NCBI GenBank assembly: GCA_963732385.1
Contig: CAVSZB010000005.1
Coordinates: 352,001 to 416,000 of the forward strand
Length of the DNA stretch: 64,000 bases
Direction: 5' to 3'
DNA from: an uncultured bacterium
GTDB lineage: Bacteria > Krumholzibacteriota > Krumholzibacteriia > LZORAL124-64-63
The position numbers and the translations under genes were made by a program. A model generated the notes under the pieces. It worked only from the letters and a program-made list of their open reading frames with translations, made no database searches and had not been told where the DNA came from. Below are positions 1-9,572 of the stretch, in pieces; within the stretch, counting starts at the first letter, position 1, and each line of letters starts with the position of its first letter.

Positions 1-89
1 CCGTGACCGAGCACGATGCGGTCGTGATGCGGCAGCGGCAGCGGGCAGGCCGCACCGACCGGATCGGGAATGCCGGGGACGTCACTCAC
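1..89 (-). CDS. hypE: Hydrogenase maturation protein HypE, N-terminus only (runs off window edge)
   Basis: GTG at 89 overlaps the hypD stop (GTGA); translates [30 protein letters not shown], typical of the HypE N-terminus; expected position after hypD. Confidence 0.85.
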   Translation of the reverse strand, partial: MSDVPGIPDPVGAACPLPLPHHDRIVLGH

Positions 90-1186
90 GGGATCGCCTC
101 CCTGACGCGGCCGTACCGGTGATACGCGTGGCAGGCCCCCTCCTGCGACACCATCGTCGCGCCGAGCGGACGGTCGGGCGTGCAGGGATTGCCGAAGGCG
201 GGGCAGTCGGTGGGGCGTTGGCGTCCCTGCAGGATCTCGCCCGCGATGCAGATCGCCGGTTCGACGGTCTGCACGTGCCCGACTGCGAAGCGCGCCGCGG
301 CGTCGAACTCGCGCCACTCCGCACGCAGGTGCAGACCGCTGTCGGGGATGCTGCCGATGCCGCGCCAGGCGTTATCTCCGGTCTGGAACACTTCGCGCAC
401 GACCCCCTGCGCGCCCTCGTTGCCGCGTTCGGTGACGGCGCGCGGGTAGGCGTTCTCCACCTCGGCGCGGCCCGCCTCGAGCTGCCGCACCGCCGTCAGG
501 ATGCCGTGCGCGAGATCGAGCGGCTCGAAGCCGGTCACCACGATCGGCACCCGGAAATCCGCGGCGATCGGCACGTACTCCCGCCAGCCCATGACCGCGC
601 AGACATGACCGGCGGCGAGAAAGGCCTGCACGCGATTGCCCGGCGACGACAGGATCGCCCGCATCGCGCCCGGCACGCAGACCTGCGATACGAGGATGGA
701 GTAGTTGCGCAGGCCGCGGCGACGCGCCATCAGCACGCTCATGGCGTTGGCCGGAGCTGTCGTCTCGAAGCCGATCGCGAAGAACACGATCTCGCGATCG
801 GGATTCTTGCGCGCGATCTCCACGGCATCGAGCGGGGAGTAGACCACCCGCACGTCGCCGCCGGCGGCGCGCACGGCGAACAGGTCGGCGTCGGAGCCGG
901 GAACGCGCAGCATGTCGCCATAGCTGGTGAAGATGACCTCGGGGCGACGGGCGATGGCCATAGCCTGGTCGAGCGTGGCGAGCGGCGTCACGCAGACGGG
1001 ACAGCCGGGACCGTGCACGAGCTCGATGCCGGCGGGCAGCAGACGGTCGAGGCCGCTGCGCACGAGCGTGTGGGTCTGGCCGCCGCAGACCTCCATGATC
1101 ACGTGCGGGCGGGTGACGACCCGGTGCAGTTCGGACAGGGCCGCGTGGACCAGCCGCGGGTCGCGAAACTCGGTAACGTGCTTCAT
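86..1186 (-). CDS. hypD: Hydrogenase formation protein HypD
   Basis: [30 protein letters not shown] and C-terminal Cys cluster ([10 protein letters not shown]...MVSQEGAC). Confidence 0.97.
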   Translation of the reverse strand: MKHVTEFRDPRLVHAALSELHRVVTRPHVIMEVCGGQTHTLVRSGLDRLLPAGIELVHGPGCPVCVTPLATLDQAMAIARRPEVIFTSYGDMLRVPGSDADLFAVRAAGGDVRVVYSPLDAVEIARKNPDREIVFFAIGFETTAPANAMSVLMARRRGLRNYSILVSQVCVPGAMRAILSSPGNRVQAFLAAGHVCAVMGWREYVPIAADFRVPIVVTGFEPLDLAHGILTAVRQLEAGRAEVENAYPRAVTERGNEGAQGVVREVFQTGDNAWRGIGSIPDSGLHLRAEWREFDAAARFAVGHVQTVEPAICIAGEILQGRQRPTDCPAFGNPCTPDRPLGATMVSQEGACHAYHRYGRVREAIP

Positions 1187-1467
1187 GCCGGCGCCCCCGG
1201 CGGCGACAGGGATTCGCCGCGCGCGGCGTCCTCGGCCCGCCCCGCCTCCCCCAGCTCCGCCAGCAACCGCAGCGTCTCACGCGCCTCGGCCTCGTCGATC
1301 ACGCTGATGGCGAAGCCGACGTGGATGAGCACGTAGTCCCCCTCGCGGGCTTCCGGCACCCAGTCGAGACAGATCTCGCGCTGGACGCCGCCGAAATCGA
1401 CCAGGCCCATGCACGGCTCGTCGGTCCGGCGGATCTCCAGCACCTTCGCCGGGACGCCCAGGCACAT
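1183..1467 (-). CDS. hypC: Hydrogenase assembly chaperone HypC/HupF
   Basis: MCLGVPAKV start, [12 protein letters not shown] motif. Confidence 0.97.
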   Translation of the reverse strand: MCLGVPAKVLEIRRTDEPCMGLVDFGGVQREICLDWVPEAREGDYVLIHVGFAISVIDEAEARETLRLLAELGEAGRAEDAARGESLSPPGAPA

Positions 1468-1480
1468 GGCTGTCTCCCCC

Positions 1481-3790
1481 TCAGTTGGCGGGGCGCGGGC
1501 GCGCCCCCAGGGCCCAGGCCGCGATCACGAGCTGGCCGAGCGCCAGCCCTCCGTCGTTGGCCGGAACGGCGCGGTGGGTCAACACCGCGAAGCCGGCCGT
1601 CTCGAGCCGCGTCACCGCCAGTTCGAGCAGCAGCAGATTCTGCCACACTCCGCCGCTCAGGGCCACGCGTTGCAGTCCGGTTTCCCGGCGCAGGCGCAGA
1701 CAGACATCGCGCACCAGGTCGGCCACGGCGGCGTGGAAGCGGGCCGCCGTGACCAGCACGGGCTGTCCGGCGGCAACGTCGGCGGCGATGGCGCGGATCA
1801 CCGGGGCCGGATCGACCAGGTCACCCACGTGGGCGAAAACATAAGGCGCGTTGCCCTCCGGCGCCGGGCCCGCGCGGCGCGCGGCCGTTTCCAGTTCGCA
1901 CGCCGCCTGCGCCTCGTACGTCGCATGGTGACAAATCCCGGCGAGCGAGGCGACGGCGTCGAACAGGCGGCCCATGCTTGACGTCGGCGGGGCGTTGAGG
2001 CCGGCGCGCAACTGCGCGTCGAGCGCGGCCAGCTCGTCGGGCGTCGCGGCGGCCACCGGCGGCCGCTCCGGATCCCAGGGCAGGCCGGCCTGCCGCAACC
2101 AGCTCAGCGCCACGCGCCAGGGGTGGCGGGTGGCGGCATCGCCGCCCGGCAGCGGCAGGTAGGCAAGGTGCGCCGCGCGACGATAGCCGGCGTAGTCGGC
2201 CACGAGGAATTCGCCGCCCCAGATGGCGCCGTCGTCGCCGAGACCCGTGCCGTCGAACGCCACGCCGATGACCGGCTCGGCGCCGTCGAGCCCGTTGTCG
2301 GCCAGGCAGGCAGCGATGTGCGCATGGTGGTGCTGCACCGCGACGGCCGGGCGACCGGCAGCGGCGGCGCGCCCCGTCGCGTAGCGCGTCGCCTGGTAGT
2401 CGGGATGCAGGTCGTGCGCGATCGCCTCCGGCGCGACGCGGAACAGCCGCTCGTAGTGCGCGATCGCCGCTTCGTACGCGCGCAGCGTCTCCCAGTCCGC
2501 CAGGTCGCCGATGTGGTGGCTGGGATAGGCGCGCGTTTCGCGGCCGAGGCAGAAGGTATTCTTCAGTTCGCCGCCGGCGGCCAGCAGTGACGGCACGGCG
2601 AACGGAAGCGGCACCGGCAGCGGCGCATAGCCGCGCGCGCGGCGGAAGAGATACGGTCCGTCGCGCCACACGGCGACGACACTGTCGTCACAGCGGACAT
2701 GGATCGGGCGGTCGTGTCCGAGGAGGGCGTCGGCGAGCGGCGCGAGCCGGCAGCGGGCGTCAGCGTCCTCGTGGGCGATCGGCTCCTCGCTCAGGTTGCC
2801 GCTGGTCATGACCAGGACGTCGCCCGGATCGAGCAGCAGGTGGTGCAGCGGCGCGTAGGCGAGCATGAAGCCGAGCCGGTCGCGACGCGGGGCGACGTCC
2901 GGCGCGATCGCCGCGTCGCACCGCCGCGGCAGCAGCACGACCGGATGGGCCGGCGATTCGAGAAGCGCGCGCGCGGCCGGCGACACCTCCGCGTGCCGCG
3001 CGATCGTCTCCGGATCTGTCGCCATCAGCGCCAGCGGCTTCTCCACGCGCCGCTTGCGGTCGCGCAGGCGGGCCACCGCCACGGCCGACGCGGCGTCGCA
3101 CGCCAGGTGCCAGCCGCCGATCCCCTTCACGGCGACGATCGCCCCCCCCCGCAGCAACGCGCGGGCGCGGCGCAGGGCGTCGGCGCCGGCGGCCGCGACC
3201 ACGCCCTCCTCCTCCAGCCACAGCCGCGGACCGCAGGCGGGGCACGCCACCGGCTGCGCGTGGAAACGGCGGTCGGCGGGGTCGGCGTACTCGCGCGCGC
3301 AGTCGGCGCAGAGCGGGAAGTCGGCCATCGTCGTCAGGGGGCGATCGTACGGAATGTCGCGCACGATCGTGAAGCGGGGTCCGCAGTGCGTGCAGTTGAT
3401 GAACGGATAGCCGTGGCGCCGGTCGGCAGGATCGCGCAGTTCGCGTCGGCAGTCGGCGCAGAGCGCGAGATCGGGCGCGACCGGCAGGGAGGCGCCCGGC
3501 TCGGGCAGCGAGGAAAGGATGGCGAAATCCGTGAAGCCGCGCACGGCGACCTCGTCCACCTCGAGACAGTCGATCCGGGCGAGGGGTGGACCGCCGGCGC
3601 GCAGGGCGGCGAGGAAGGAGTCCGTCGCGGTTGCCGCACCCTCGAGCACGATCTCCACGCCGGAGGAACTGTTGCGCACCCGCCCGGCCAGCCCGAGACG
3701 CGTCGCCACGCTCCACACCCAGGGGCGGAACCCGACCGCCTGCACCACCCCCGAAACGTGGATCCGGAGCGCCTTGATTCCGGGCGTCAT
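1481..3790 (-). CDS. hypF: Carbamoyltransferase HypF
   Basis: Acylphosphatase domain (GVVQAVGFRPW), two Zn fingers (CADC..CTHCGPRF; CADC..CPACGP), YrdC domain, QHHHAH, DGGLALGQ; ATG at 3790 overlaps the hypB stop. Confidence 0.97.
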   Translation of the reverse strand: MTPGIKALRIHVSGVVQAVGFRPWVWSVATRLGLAGRVRNSSSGVEIVLEGAATATDSFLAALRAGGPPLARIDCLEVDEVAVRGFTDFAILSSLPEPGASLPVAPDLALCADCRRELRDPADRRHGYPFINCTHCGPRFTIVRDIPYDRPLTTMADFPLCADCAREYADPADRRFHAQPVACPACGPRLWLEEEGVVAAAGADALRRARALLRGGAIVAVKGIGGWHLACDAASAVAVARLRDRKRRVEKPLALMATDPETIARHAEVSPAARALLESPAHPVVLLPRRCDAAIAPDVAPRRDRLGFMLAYAPLHHLLLDPGDVLVMTSGNLSEEPIAHEDADARCRLAPLADALLGHDRPIHVRCDDSVVAVWRDGPYLFRRARGYAPLPVPLPFAVPSLLAAGGELKNTFCLGRETRAYPSHHIGDLADWETLRAYEAAIAHYERLFRVAPEAIAHDLHPDYQATRYATGRAAAAGRPAVAVQHHHAHIAACLADNGLDGAEPVIGVAFDGTGLGDDGAIWGGEFLVADYAGYRRAAHLAYLPLPGGDAATRHPWRVALSWLRQAGLPWDPERPPVAAATPDELAALDAQLRAGLNAPPTSSMGRLFDAVASLAGICHHATYEAQAACELETAARRAGPAPEGNAPYVFAHVGDLVDPAPVIRAIAADVAAGQPVLVTAARFHAAVADLVRDVCLRLRRETGLQRVALSGGVWQNLLLLELAVTRLETAGFAVLTHRAVPANDGGLALGQLVIAAWALGARPRPAN

Positions 3791-4455
3791 CGCGGGGGAC
3801 GCTTCGCCCGCGCCATGGCGCGGATCCACGTCACCCAGGCCTCGACCCCCTGGCCGGTGCGGCAGGAGACCGGGAAGGTGATCACGCCCGGGTTGAGCGT
3901 CTCTACCCCCCGGCGGAAGCGCTCCATGTCGAAATCCAGGTGCGGCAGCAGGTCGACCTTGTTGATGACGAGCGCGCCCACCCGGCTGTACATGGAGGGA
4001 TATTTGTACGGCTTGTCGTCCCCCTCGGGCGTCGAGGCGACGAGCACGTTGAGGTGCGTGCCGAGCGCGAAACTCGCGGGACAGATGAGGTTGCCCACGT
4101 TCTCCACGATCAGCACGTCCAGCTCCGCGAGCGGCAGTTCCTCAAGTGCGCTGCCCACCATCACCGCATCGAGATGGCAAGCGCCGCCGGTGTTGATCTG
4201 CACCGCGTTCGCGCCGGCCGACGCTGCACGCTCGGCGTCGATGCTGGTGGCGAGATCCCCTTCGATCACGCCGACCCGCAGCCCCCCCTTCAACAGCGCG
4301 AGGGTCTGCTCGATGAGCGACGTCTTCCCGGCTCCGGGCGAGGCGAGCAGGTTCAGGCCGAAGATACCGTGACGATCGAGCAGATCCTGGTTGATCCCGG
4401 CAATCTGATCGTTCGCCTTCGTGATTTTCTCCACGACCGGCACGCGCTTCGTCAT
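3787..4455 (-). CDS. hypB: Hydrogenase nickel incorporation GTPase HypB
   Basis: SPGAGKT, GACHLDA, ENVGNLICPA, DKPYKYP, NKVD; ATG at 4455 overlaps the hypA stop. Confidence 0.96.
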   Translation of the reverse strand: MTKRVPVVEKITKANDQIAGINQDLLDRHGIFGLNLLASPGAGKTSLIEQTLALLKGGLRVGVIEGDLATSIDAERAASAGANAVQINTGGACHLDAVMVGSALEELPLAELDVLIVENVGNLICPASFALGTHLNVLVASTPEGDDKPYKYPSMYSRVGALVINKVDLLPHLDFDMERFRRGVETLNPGVITFPVSCRTGQGVEAWVTWIRAMARAKRPPR

Positions 4456-4820
4456 GATGGCCCCTCCCCCGCGACCGGGTCCTCGACGTCGATCGACTCC
4501 ACCCGGAACTCCCGACCTTCGACCACGCGTGTTGCGCGGACGCCGCAGGCGGGACAGTCGAAGCTTACGCCATCGGGAGCGAAAAGCGTCTGGCATTCCT
4601 GGCAGGCCAGTCGCAACGGCACGCGCCGGAAGTCCAATACGGCCCCCTGCGCCGGCGTCCCCCCGCTGATGAGATCCCAGCAGAATCGGACAGAGTCGTC
4701 CACGACTCCGGATAGCCCGCCGATCACCAGGTGGACGGCCGTTACCCGCGCGGCGCCCGCCCTGGCGGCGTGATCCAGGACCAGATCGAGGATCCCCTGC
4801 GTGATCGGAAGCTCATGCAC
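4452..4820 (-). CDS. hypA: Hydrogenase maturation nickel metallochaperone HypA
   Basis: MHE start, CQEC...CPAC zinc site, GRE motif. Confidence 0.96.
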   Translation of the reverse strand: MHELPITQGILDLVLDHAARAGAARVTAVHLVIGGLSGVVDDSVRFCWDLISGGTPAQGAVLDFRRVPLRLACQECQTLFAPDGVSFDCPACGVRATRVVEGREFRVESIDVEDPVAGEGPS

Positions 4821-4877
4821 GACGTCATCTTAGACCATGTGCAGCGCCGGGGCAACCGGCTCCGGGCGCTCAGCGTT

Positions 4878-6989
4878 TCACTCCCCCCACGCGTCGAACC
4901 AGGCGTTCACGCCGACCGCCAGCATCCGGCCCGGCTCGGGCACGCCGAGCTGCGACTCGACAAGGTTGTCGCTCAGGTTGTTCACGCGGACGAAGAGCTC
5001 GGCCCGGGTCAGCGGGTCGGGCGCGTCGAGCCAGGTCCAGGCCGCGCGCACGTTCCAGCTCGCCTGGGCCGGCAGGCGGCGCAGACCGTCGACTTCGTCG
5101 GTAAGGTCGGCCGAATCGCGCGCGCCCGTCAGCGACCCCTCGGCCGCCAGACGCACGCCCCACGGTCCGCTCCACGAGCCCGAAAGCCAGGCGAGATACG
5201 CGGGTCGATCCTCCACGGAGCCGCTGAAGACATCGTCAACCTGGCGGCGCGCCGACAACGCCGTGGCGTGCGCCGCCAGTTCCCAGGCGGACGCCGGCCG
5301 CCAGGCGAGCACCGCCTCCGCGCCGAGCGTGCGGATATCATCCACGTTGCGGCGCTGGAACTGACGCTCCGGCAGGGTGACCTTCTCGATCGGCCCGTCG
5401 AGCCGCGCGGCAAAGCCGGTCAGACCGGCTTCCCAGGCGCCGCCGCGCGCCACGGCTCCCAGCTCGACCTGGTCCTGTCGCTCCGGCGCGAGGTCGGGAT
5501 TGGGCACGAAGCGGCCGAGTGCGCCGGAGTACAGCTCGCGCAGGGCCGGGAACCGGCTGCGCCGCGACACGGAGGCATGGAGCGTGAAGCCGCCGCGCAG
5601 CTCCCGCTCGAGGCCCAGGTGCACGACGGCGGCGGTGGTGGCGTCGCGCGCCGGCTTGTCGCCGGTTTCGGGCGTGGCGGCGAATTCGCCGCCGGCGCCG
5701 CCGCGCAGGCGCCAGCCATCTCCGAAGCCGGTCCGTCCCTCGGCCACGAACGAGCCGAGCCACTGCGCGTAAGCGAGTATCGGTCCGTCCAAAGCCAGCG
5801 ATTCGCGATGACGCGCGTAGCGGGCCACCCCCTGCACCGCGACCGACGACGCCTCTCCGAGCTGCCGCGTCACGCGCACCCGCGCGTGACCGGCACGGTC
5901 ATCGTCGCTCTCATAGTCGATGCCGGACTCGAGGGCCGGCGTGGCGTACGTGGAGTCGTCGTACGCGCGGATCTCCGTGCGTCCCAGGTCCGCCGCCACG
6001 GCTGTCTGCAGCGCCCAGCGGCGGGCCGCGTCGAGCGGTAGCGCGAGAGTGACGCCGAGCAGGCCGCGCCGCGCCACCGGAAAACGCCAGAAACGCGCAT
6101 CGTCCACGCCGAGATGGGTCTCGGGAGGGACACCCTTGCGGCCGTCCGTGCCGGCGAACAGGAAACGCAGCGAGCCTTCATCGCCGAGCCGGCGTTCGGC
6201 GCGCGCGAAGAGCGAAGTCTGCGCGAGATCGCTGTTGAGGCGCTGCCTTCCACCGGTCTGGTTGTGGGGCGGCGCATAGCCGTCCGGCACCAGGAATCCC
6301 GACTGCTCGCGCCGCGACAGGCCGCCCATCCAGGTCCAGGCGCCCCGGCTCTGCAGGTGGAGCAGGCGCCCTTCGTGGTAGCGCGACTCCCCGGTCTGCA
6401 GGCTGAGCCGCGTGCGTCGTCCGTCGCCCGGAACCCGGGCCGGCGTCAGGTCGACCGTCCCGGCGAGGGCGTTCGGCCCGTCGAGCACGCCGGTCACGCC
6501 GCGCGTGGCGGTCACGCTGGCGATCGCGTCGATCGGGACGAGGCTCAGGTCCACCCTTTCGTCCCACGGCACGTTGAGCGGGATGCCGTCGAGCGAGACC
6601 CGCACGTGCCGCTCCGACGCTCCGCGCACCATGAAGGTGCTCTCACCGCGCGAGTTGATGTTGACCCTGGTCGCGGGCAACGACGGTCCGAGGTCGGCCG
6701 CCGCGCGGGCGTCGCGCGCGCCGATCGTGACCGCGTCGAGCTTGACGCGCCCGGGATCGGCCGTGCGGCTGGTCGTCGATCCGATGACGAGCACCGGCTC
6801 GGTCAGACCCCAGAGACTGTCGGCGCCGGAGAAGAACGTCGAATCGGGAACCGCGAAATCGAGCGTGTCCCCGGGAGCATCCGCGCCGTGGGCGACCATG
6901 GCGCCCGCCATGAGCGCGAGCACGAGCGTGGCGACGGCCGGGCCGGCCAGCTGTCGCGGTACAAGGAAAAGCACGGGTCGATCGGCCAT
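4878..6989 (-). CDS. TonB-dependent outer-membrane receptor
   Basis: Signal peptide, plug motifs (VRG...VSLDGIPLN...RG..GVLDGPNALAGTVDL), PNPDLAPE, VNNL..N...PGR C-terminal barrel strand; GGAGG upstream of ATG 6989. Confidence 0.9.
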   Translation of the reverse strand: MADRPVLFLVPRQLAGPAVATLVLALMAGAMVAHGADAPGDTLDFAVPDSTFFSGADSLWGLTEPVLVIGSTTSRTADPGRVKLDAVTIGARDARAAADLGPSLPATRVNINSRGESTFMVRGASERHVRVSLDGIPLNVPWDERVDLSLVPIDAIASVTATRGVTGVLDGPNALAGTVDLTPARVPGDGRRTRLSLQTGESRYHEGRLLHLQSRGAWTWMGGLSRREQSGFLVPDGYAPPHNQTGGRQRLNSDLAQTSLFARAERRLGDEGSLRFLFAGTDGRKGVPPETHLGVDDARFWRFPVARRGLLGVTLALPLDAARRWALQTAVAADLGRTEIRAYDDSTYATPALESGIDYESDDDRAGHARVRVTRQLGEASSVAVQGVARYARHRESLALDGPILAYAQWLGSFVAEGRTGFGDGWRLRGGAGGEFAATPETGDKPARDATTAAVVHLGLERELRGGFTLHASVSRRSRFPALRELYSGALGRFVPNPDLAPERQDQVELGAVARGGAWEAGLTGFAARLDGPIEKVTLPERQFQRRNVDDIRTLGAEAVLAWRPASAWELAAHATALSARRQVDDVFSGSVEDRPAYLAWLSGSWSGPWGVRLAAEGSLTGARDSADLTDEVDGLRRLPAQASWNVRAAWTWLDAPDPLTRAELFVRVNNLSDNLVESQLGVPEPGRMLAVGVNAWFDAWGE

Positions 6990-7209
6990 GATGGGCTGCC
7001 TCCGGTAAGTGCCAGGAAACGGAACCATACCGCAAACCGGTCGTCGCTGACAAACCCTGGCAGGGCGCATTAGGGATGGCCGACGCTCCCGTCACGATTT
7101 TGCTTCTCTATCATTGATCGCGTCCGGCCAATTGATTGACGCCTCGGCGCGCTCCCGGCAGAATGCTCCCCCTACCTCACCCTCACGTCTCACCGAAAGG
7201 AACCGCAGC

Positions 7210-8247
7210 ATGAAGGCCCGATCAGCCGCTCTCCTGGGCGCGTTCGCGGCGGCGCTGCTGCTGCCCGCGGGGCTCTGCGCCCAGGGGCAGTTTCTCGCCA
7301 ACGGTTCCCTGCCCCCGCTGCCGGTCCCGGTGGATAACCCGCAGACCGACGCGAAGATCCGGCTCGGCGCGCAACTCTACTTCGACCCGCGCCTGTCGGC
7401 GGACAACACGATCAGCTGCGCCACCTGTCACGCCCCGCAGACCGGCTGGGCGAACCACGGCGCCACCGACACCGGCATCCGCGGCCAGGTCGGCGGTCGC
7501 AACTCCGGCACGATCCTCGACTCCGCCTGGATGCGCGTGCAGTTCTGGGACGGCCGCGCCGCCTCGCTCGAGGAGCAGGCGGTCGGGCCGATCCACAATC
7601 CGATCGAGATGGGCGAGACGCTCGAGCACGACGTACAGAAGCTGAACGCCATCCCGGGCTATCGCCAGCAGTTCCAGACCGTCTTCGGCACCGACGCCAC
7701 CGCGGACGGCATCGCCAAGGCGATCGCCGCTTTCGAGCGCACGGTGGTGACCGGACCGTCGCCGTACGACCGCTGGCTCGCCGGCGACCGGGCGGCCATG
7801 TCGCCCGCAGCCGTGCGCGGCCACCACCTCTTCAACGGCAAGGGGCATTGCACGCCGTGCCACAGCGGCCCCGCCTTTTCCGACCAGGGCTATCACAACC
7901 TCGGCGCCGGCATGGACAAGCCGAACCCCGATCCCGGACGCGAAGCGGTCTCGAAGGATCCGCGTGACCGCGGACGCTTCAAGACCCCGGGCCTGCGCAA
8001 CTGCGCGCTGACCCACCCTTACCTGCACACCGGCGCGGAAAAGACGCTGCGCGACGTGATCGACTTCTACGACCGCGGCGGCGTGCCCAATCCGGATCTC
8101 GATCCGCTGATGCTGCCGCTCCGGCTGACCGAGCGCGAGAAAAGCGATCTCGTCGCCTTCCTCGAGGCGCTGACCGGAACCGTGCCGAACATCACGCCGC
8201 CCGCGCTGCCCGCGGACGCTCCCGCGCAGGAAGGTGGTGTGCGATGA
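7210..8247 (+). CDS. Di-haem cytochrome c peroxidase/MauG family protein
   Basis: Signal peptide; two CxxCH (CATCH, CTPCH); LYFDPRLS, QFWDGRA, FKTPGLRN, LVAFLEALTG motifs. Confidence 0.92.
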   Translation: MKARSAALLGAFAAALLLPAGLCAQGQFLANGSLPPLPVPVDNPQTDAKIRLGAQLYFDPRLSADNTISCATCHAPQTGWANHGATDTGIRGQVGGRNSGTILDSAWMRVQFWDGRAASLEEQAVGPIHNPIEMGETLEHDVQKLNAIPGYRQQFQTVFGTDATADGIAKAIAAFERTVVTGPSPYDRWLAGDRAAMSPAAVRGHHLFNGKGHCTPCHSGPAFSDQGYHNLGAGMDKPNPDPGREAVSKDPRDRGRFKTPGLRNCALTHPYLHTGAEKTLRDVIDFYDRGGVPNPDLDPLMLPLRLTEREKSDLVAFLEALTGTVPNITPPALPADAPAQEGGVR

Positions 8248-9437
8248 AGATCCGCCGCGTTTTCCCGTTCGCCACGCTCGCGGCCCTGGTCCTGACCGCT
8301 CTCTGGCCGGCCCCCTCCGGCGCCGTGCCGGTGTTCGCCCGCAAATACGGGCTCAACTGCACCAACTGTCACTCCGCCTTCCCGCGCCTGAACGACTGGG
8401 GCCAGCGCTTCCGCGCGAACGGCTACCAGTTGCCAGGTCGCGAAAACGAAGAGAAGACCGTGCTCGAAGGACCGGCGCCGGTTGCCCTGCGCACGACGTT
8501 CGGCTTCACCAGCGAGTCCTTCGACCACACGTCCGAGGGAGCGGTGGACCGGTCCGGCTTCAAGCTGGTCGGGCTGGACATCCTCTCCGCCGGCGTGATC
8601 GCGCCGCACATCGGCTACCTGTTCGTCTTCCCGCCCCAGATCGCCGCGGCGCGCGGCGTGGCCGAGCAGGAGGGCACCCTCGAGATGGCGAGCATCACCT
8701 TCAACAACCTCGGCTCGCCGTGGCTGAACGTGCGGGCCGGGCGCTTCGAGCCGGCCTACGCCGCCTTCAGCGTGAAGCGCCACCTCAGCATCACGCCCTA
8801 CGAGATCTACGACTACGCCTTTCCCGGCGGCTCGCCGTTCTCCGAGACGCAGGAGGGATTCGAGGTGACCGGCCACGGAGGCGGCTTCGCCTACGCGACC
8901 GGCTGGCTGAACGGCTCGGCCACGAACCGTCCCAACGACAGCCCTGCCGACGTCTACGGGCGCGCCACTTATACGTTCGGCGCCGGCGAGGGCCAGACCG
9001 CCGGGCAGCGCTTCGGCGCGACCGCCTACCTCGGCAGCGCCCGCCCCTATGCCGGCGTCGGCGACCGGCAAACATTCTCGCGCCTCGGCCTCGACGCCAG
9101 CCTCAACTGGCGCCAGTGGAACCTCGCGGCGCAGTGGCTGACCGCGACCGACGACCGCTCGCTGTGGGGCGACGCCGACGATGTCGACTGGTCCGGCTGG
9201 TTCTCCGAGCTCACCTGGCAGCCGGTCGTGGAGTGCCTGGCGTTCGCCCGGTTCGACGCGGTGGACACGCCCGACGCGATCAATCAGGACATCGCGCGCT
9301 GGACCGGCGGCGCCCGGTACTATTTCGCCGACAACCTGGCGCTGCACCTCGAATACTCGCGACGCGTGACCGACCTGCCGGGCGATGATGATCCGACCGA
9401 GGATCTGGCGACGGCGCGGCTCGATATCGCGTTCTGA
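8244..9437 (+). CDS. Cyc2-like monohaem cytochrome c-porin fusion (outer membrane)
   Basis: Signal peptide, then AVPVFARKYGLNCTNCHSAFPRLNDWGQRFRANGY, followed by alternating beta-strands ending in Phe (LDIAF); start overlaps the peroxidase stop. Confidence 0.8.
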   Translation: MKIRRVFPFATLAALVLTALWPAPSGAVPVFARKYGLNCTNCHSAFPRLNDWGQRFRANGYQLPGRENEEKTVLEGPAPVALRTTFGFTSESFDHTSEGAVDRSGFKLVGLDILSAGVIAPHIGYLFVFPPQIAAARGVAEQEGTLEMASITFNNLGSPWLNVRAGRFEPAYAAFSVKRHLSITPYEIYDYAFPGGSPFSETQEGFEVTGHGGGFAYATGWLNGSATNRPNDSPADVYGRATYTFGAGEGQTAGQRFGATAYLGSARPYAGVGDRQTFSRLGLDASLNWRQWNLAAQWLTATDDRSLWGDADDVDWSGWFSELTWQPVVECLAFARFDAVDTPDAINQDIARWTGGARYYFADNLALHLEYSRRVTDLPGDDDPTEDLATARLDIAF

Positions 9438-9463
9438 CCCGGTCCGCAGGCAGGCCTTCCCGA

Positions 9464-9496
9464 CAGGGCTCCGGCGCGGTGGCGTCGGAGCCCTGC
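9464..9496 (+). terminator. GC-rich stem-loop after the cytochrome-porin gene
   Basis: CAGGGCTCCGGCGC-GGTG-GCGTCGGAGCCCTG inverted repeat; no clear U-tract. Confidence 0.5.
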
Positions 9497-9572
9497 CCTT
9501 GCCGGCCTGAGCGACCGCACCCCGTCCGACTTCCCCATTGGCCGCGTCGTTGCGGCAGCGTAGGATGCCGCC

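Noticed and set aside
6990..7209. Cobalamin or Ni/Co riboswitch upstream of the TonB receptor
   Set aside because: Short divergent intergenic region with no recognisable B12-box or other riboswitch core by eye
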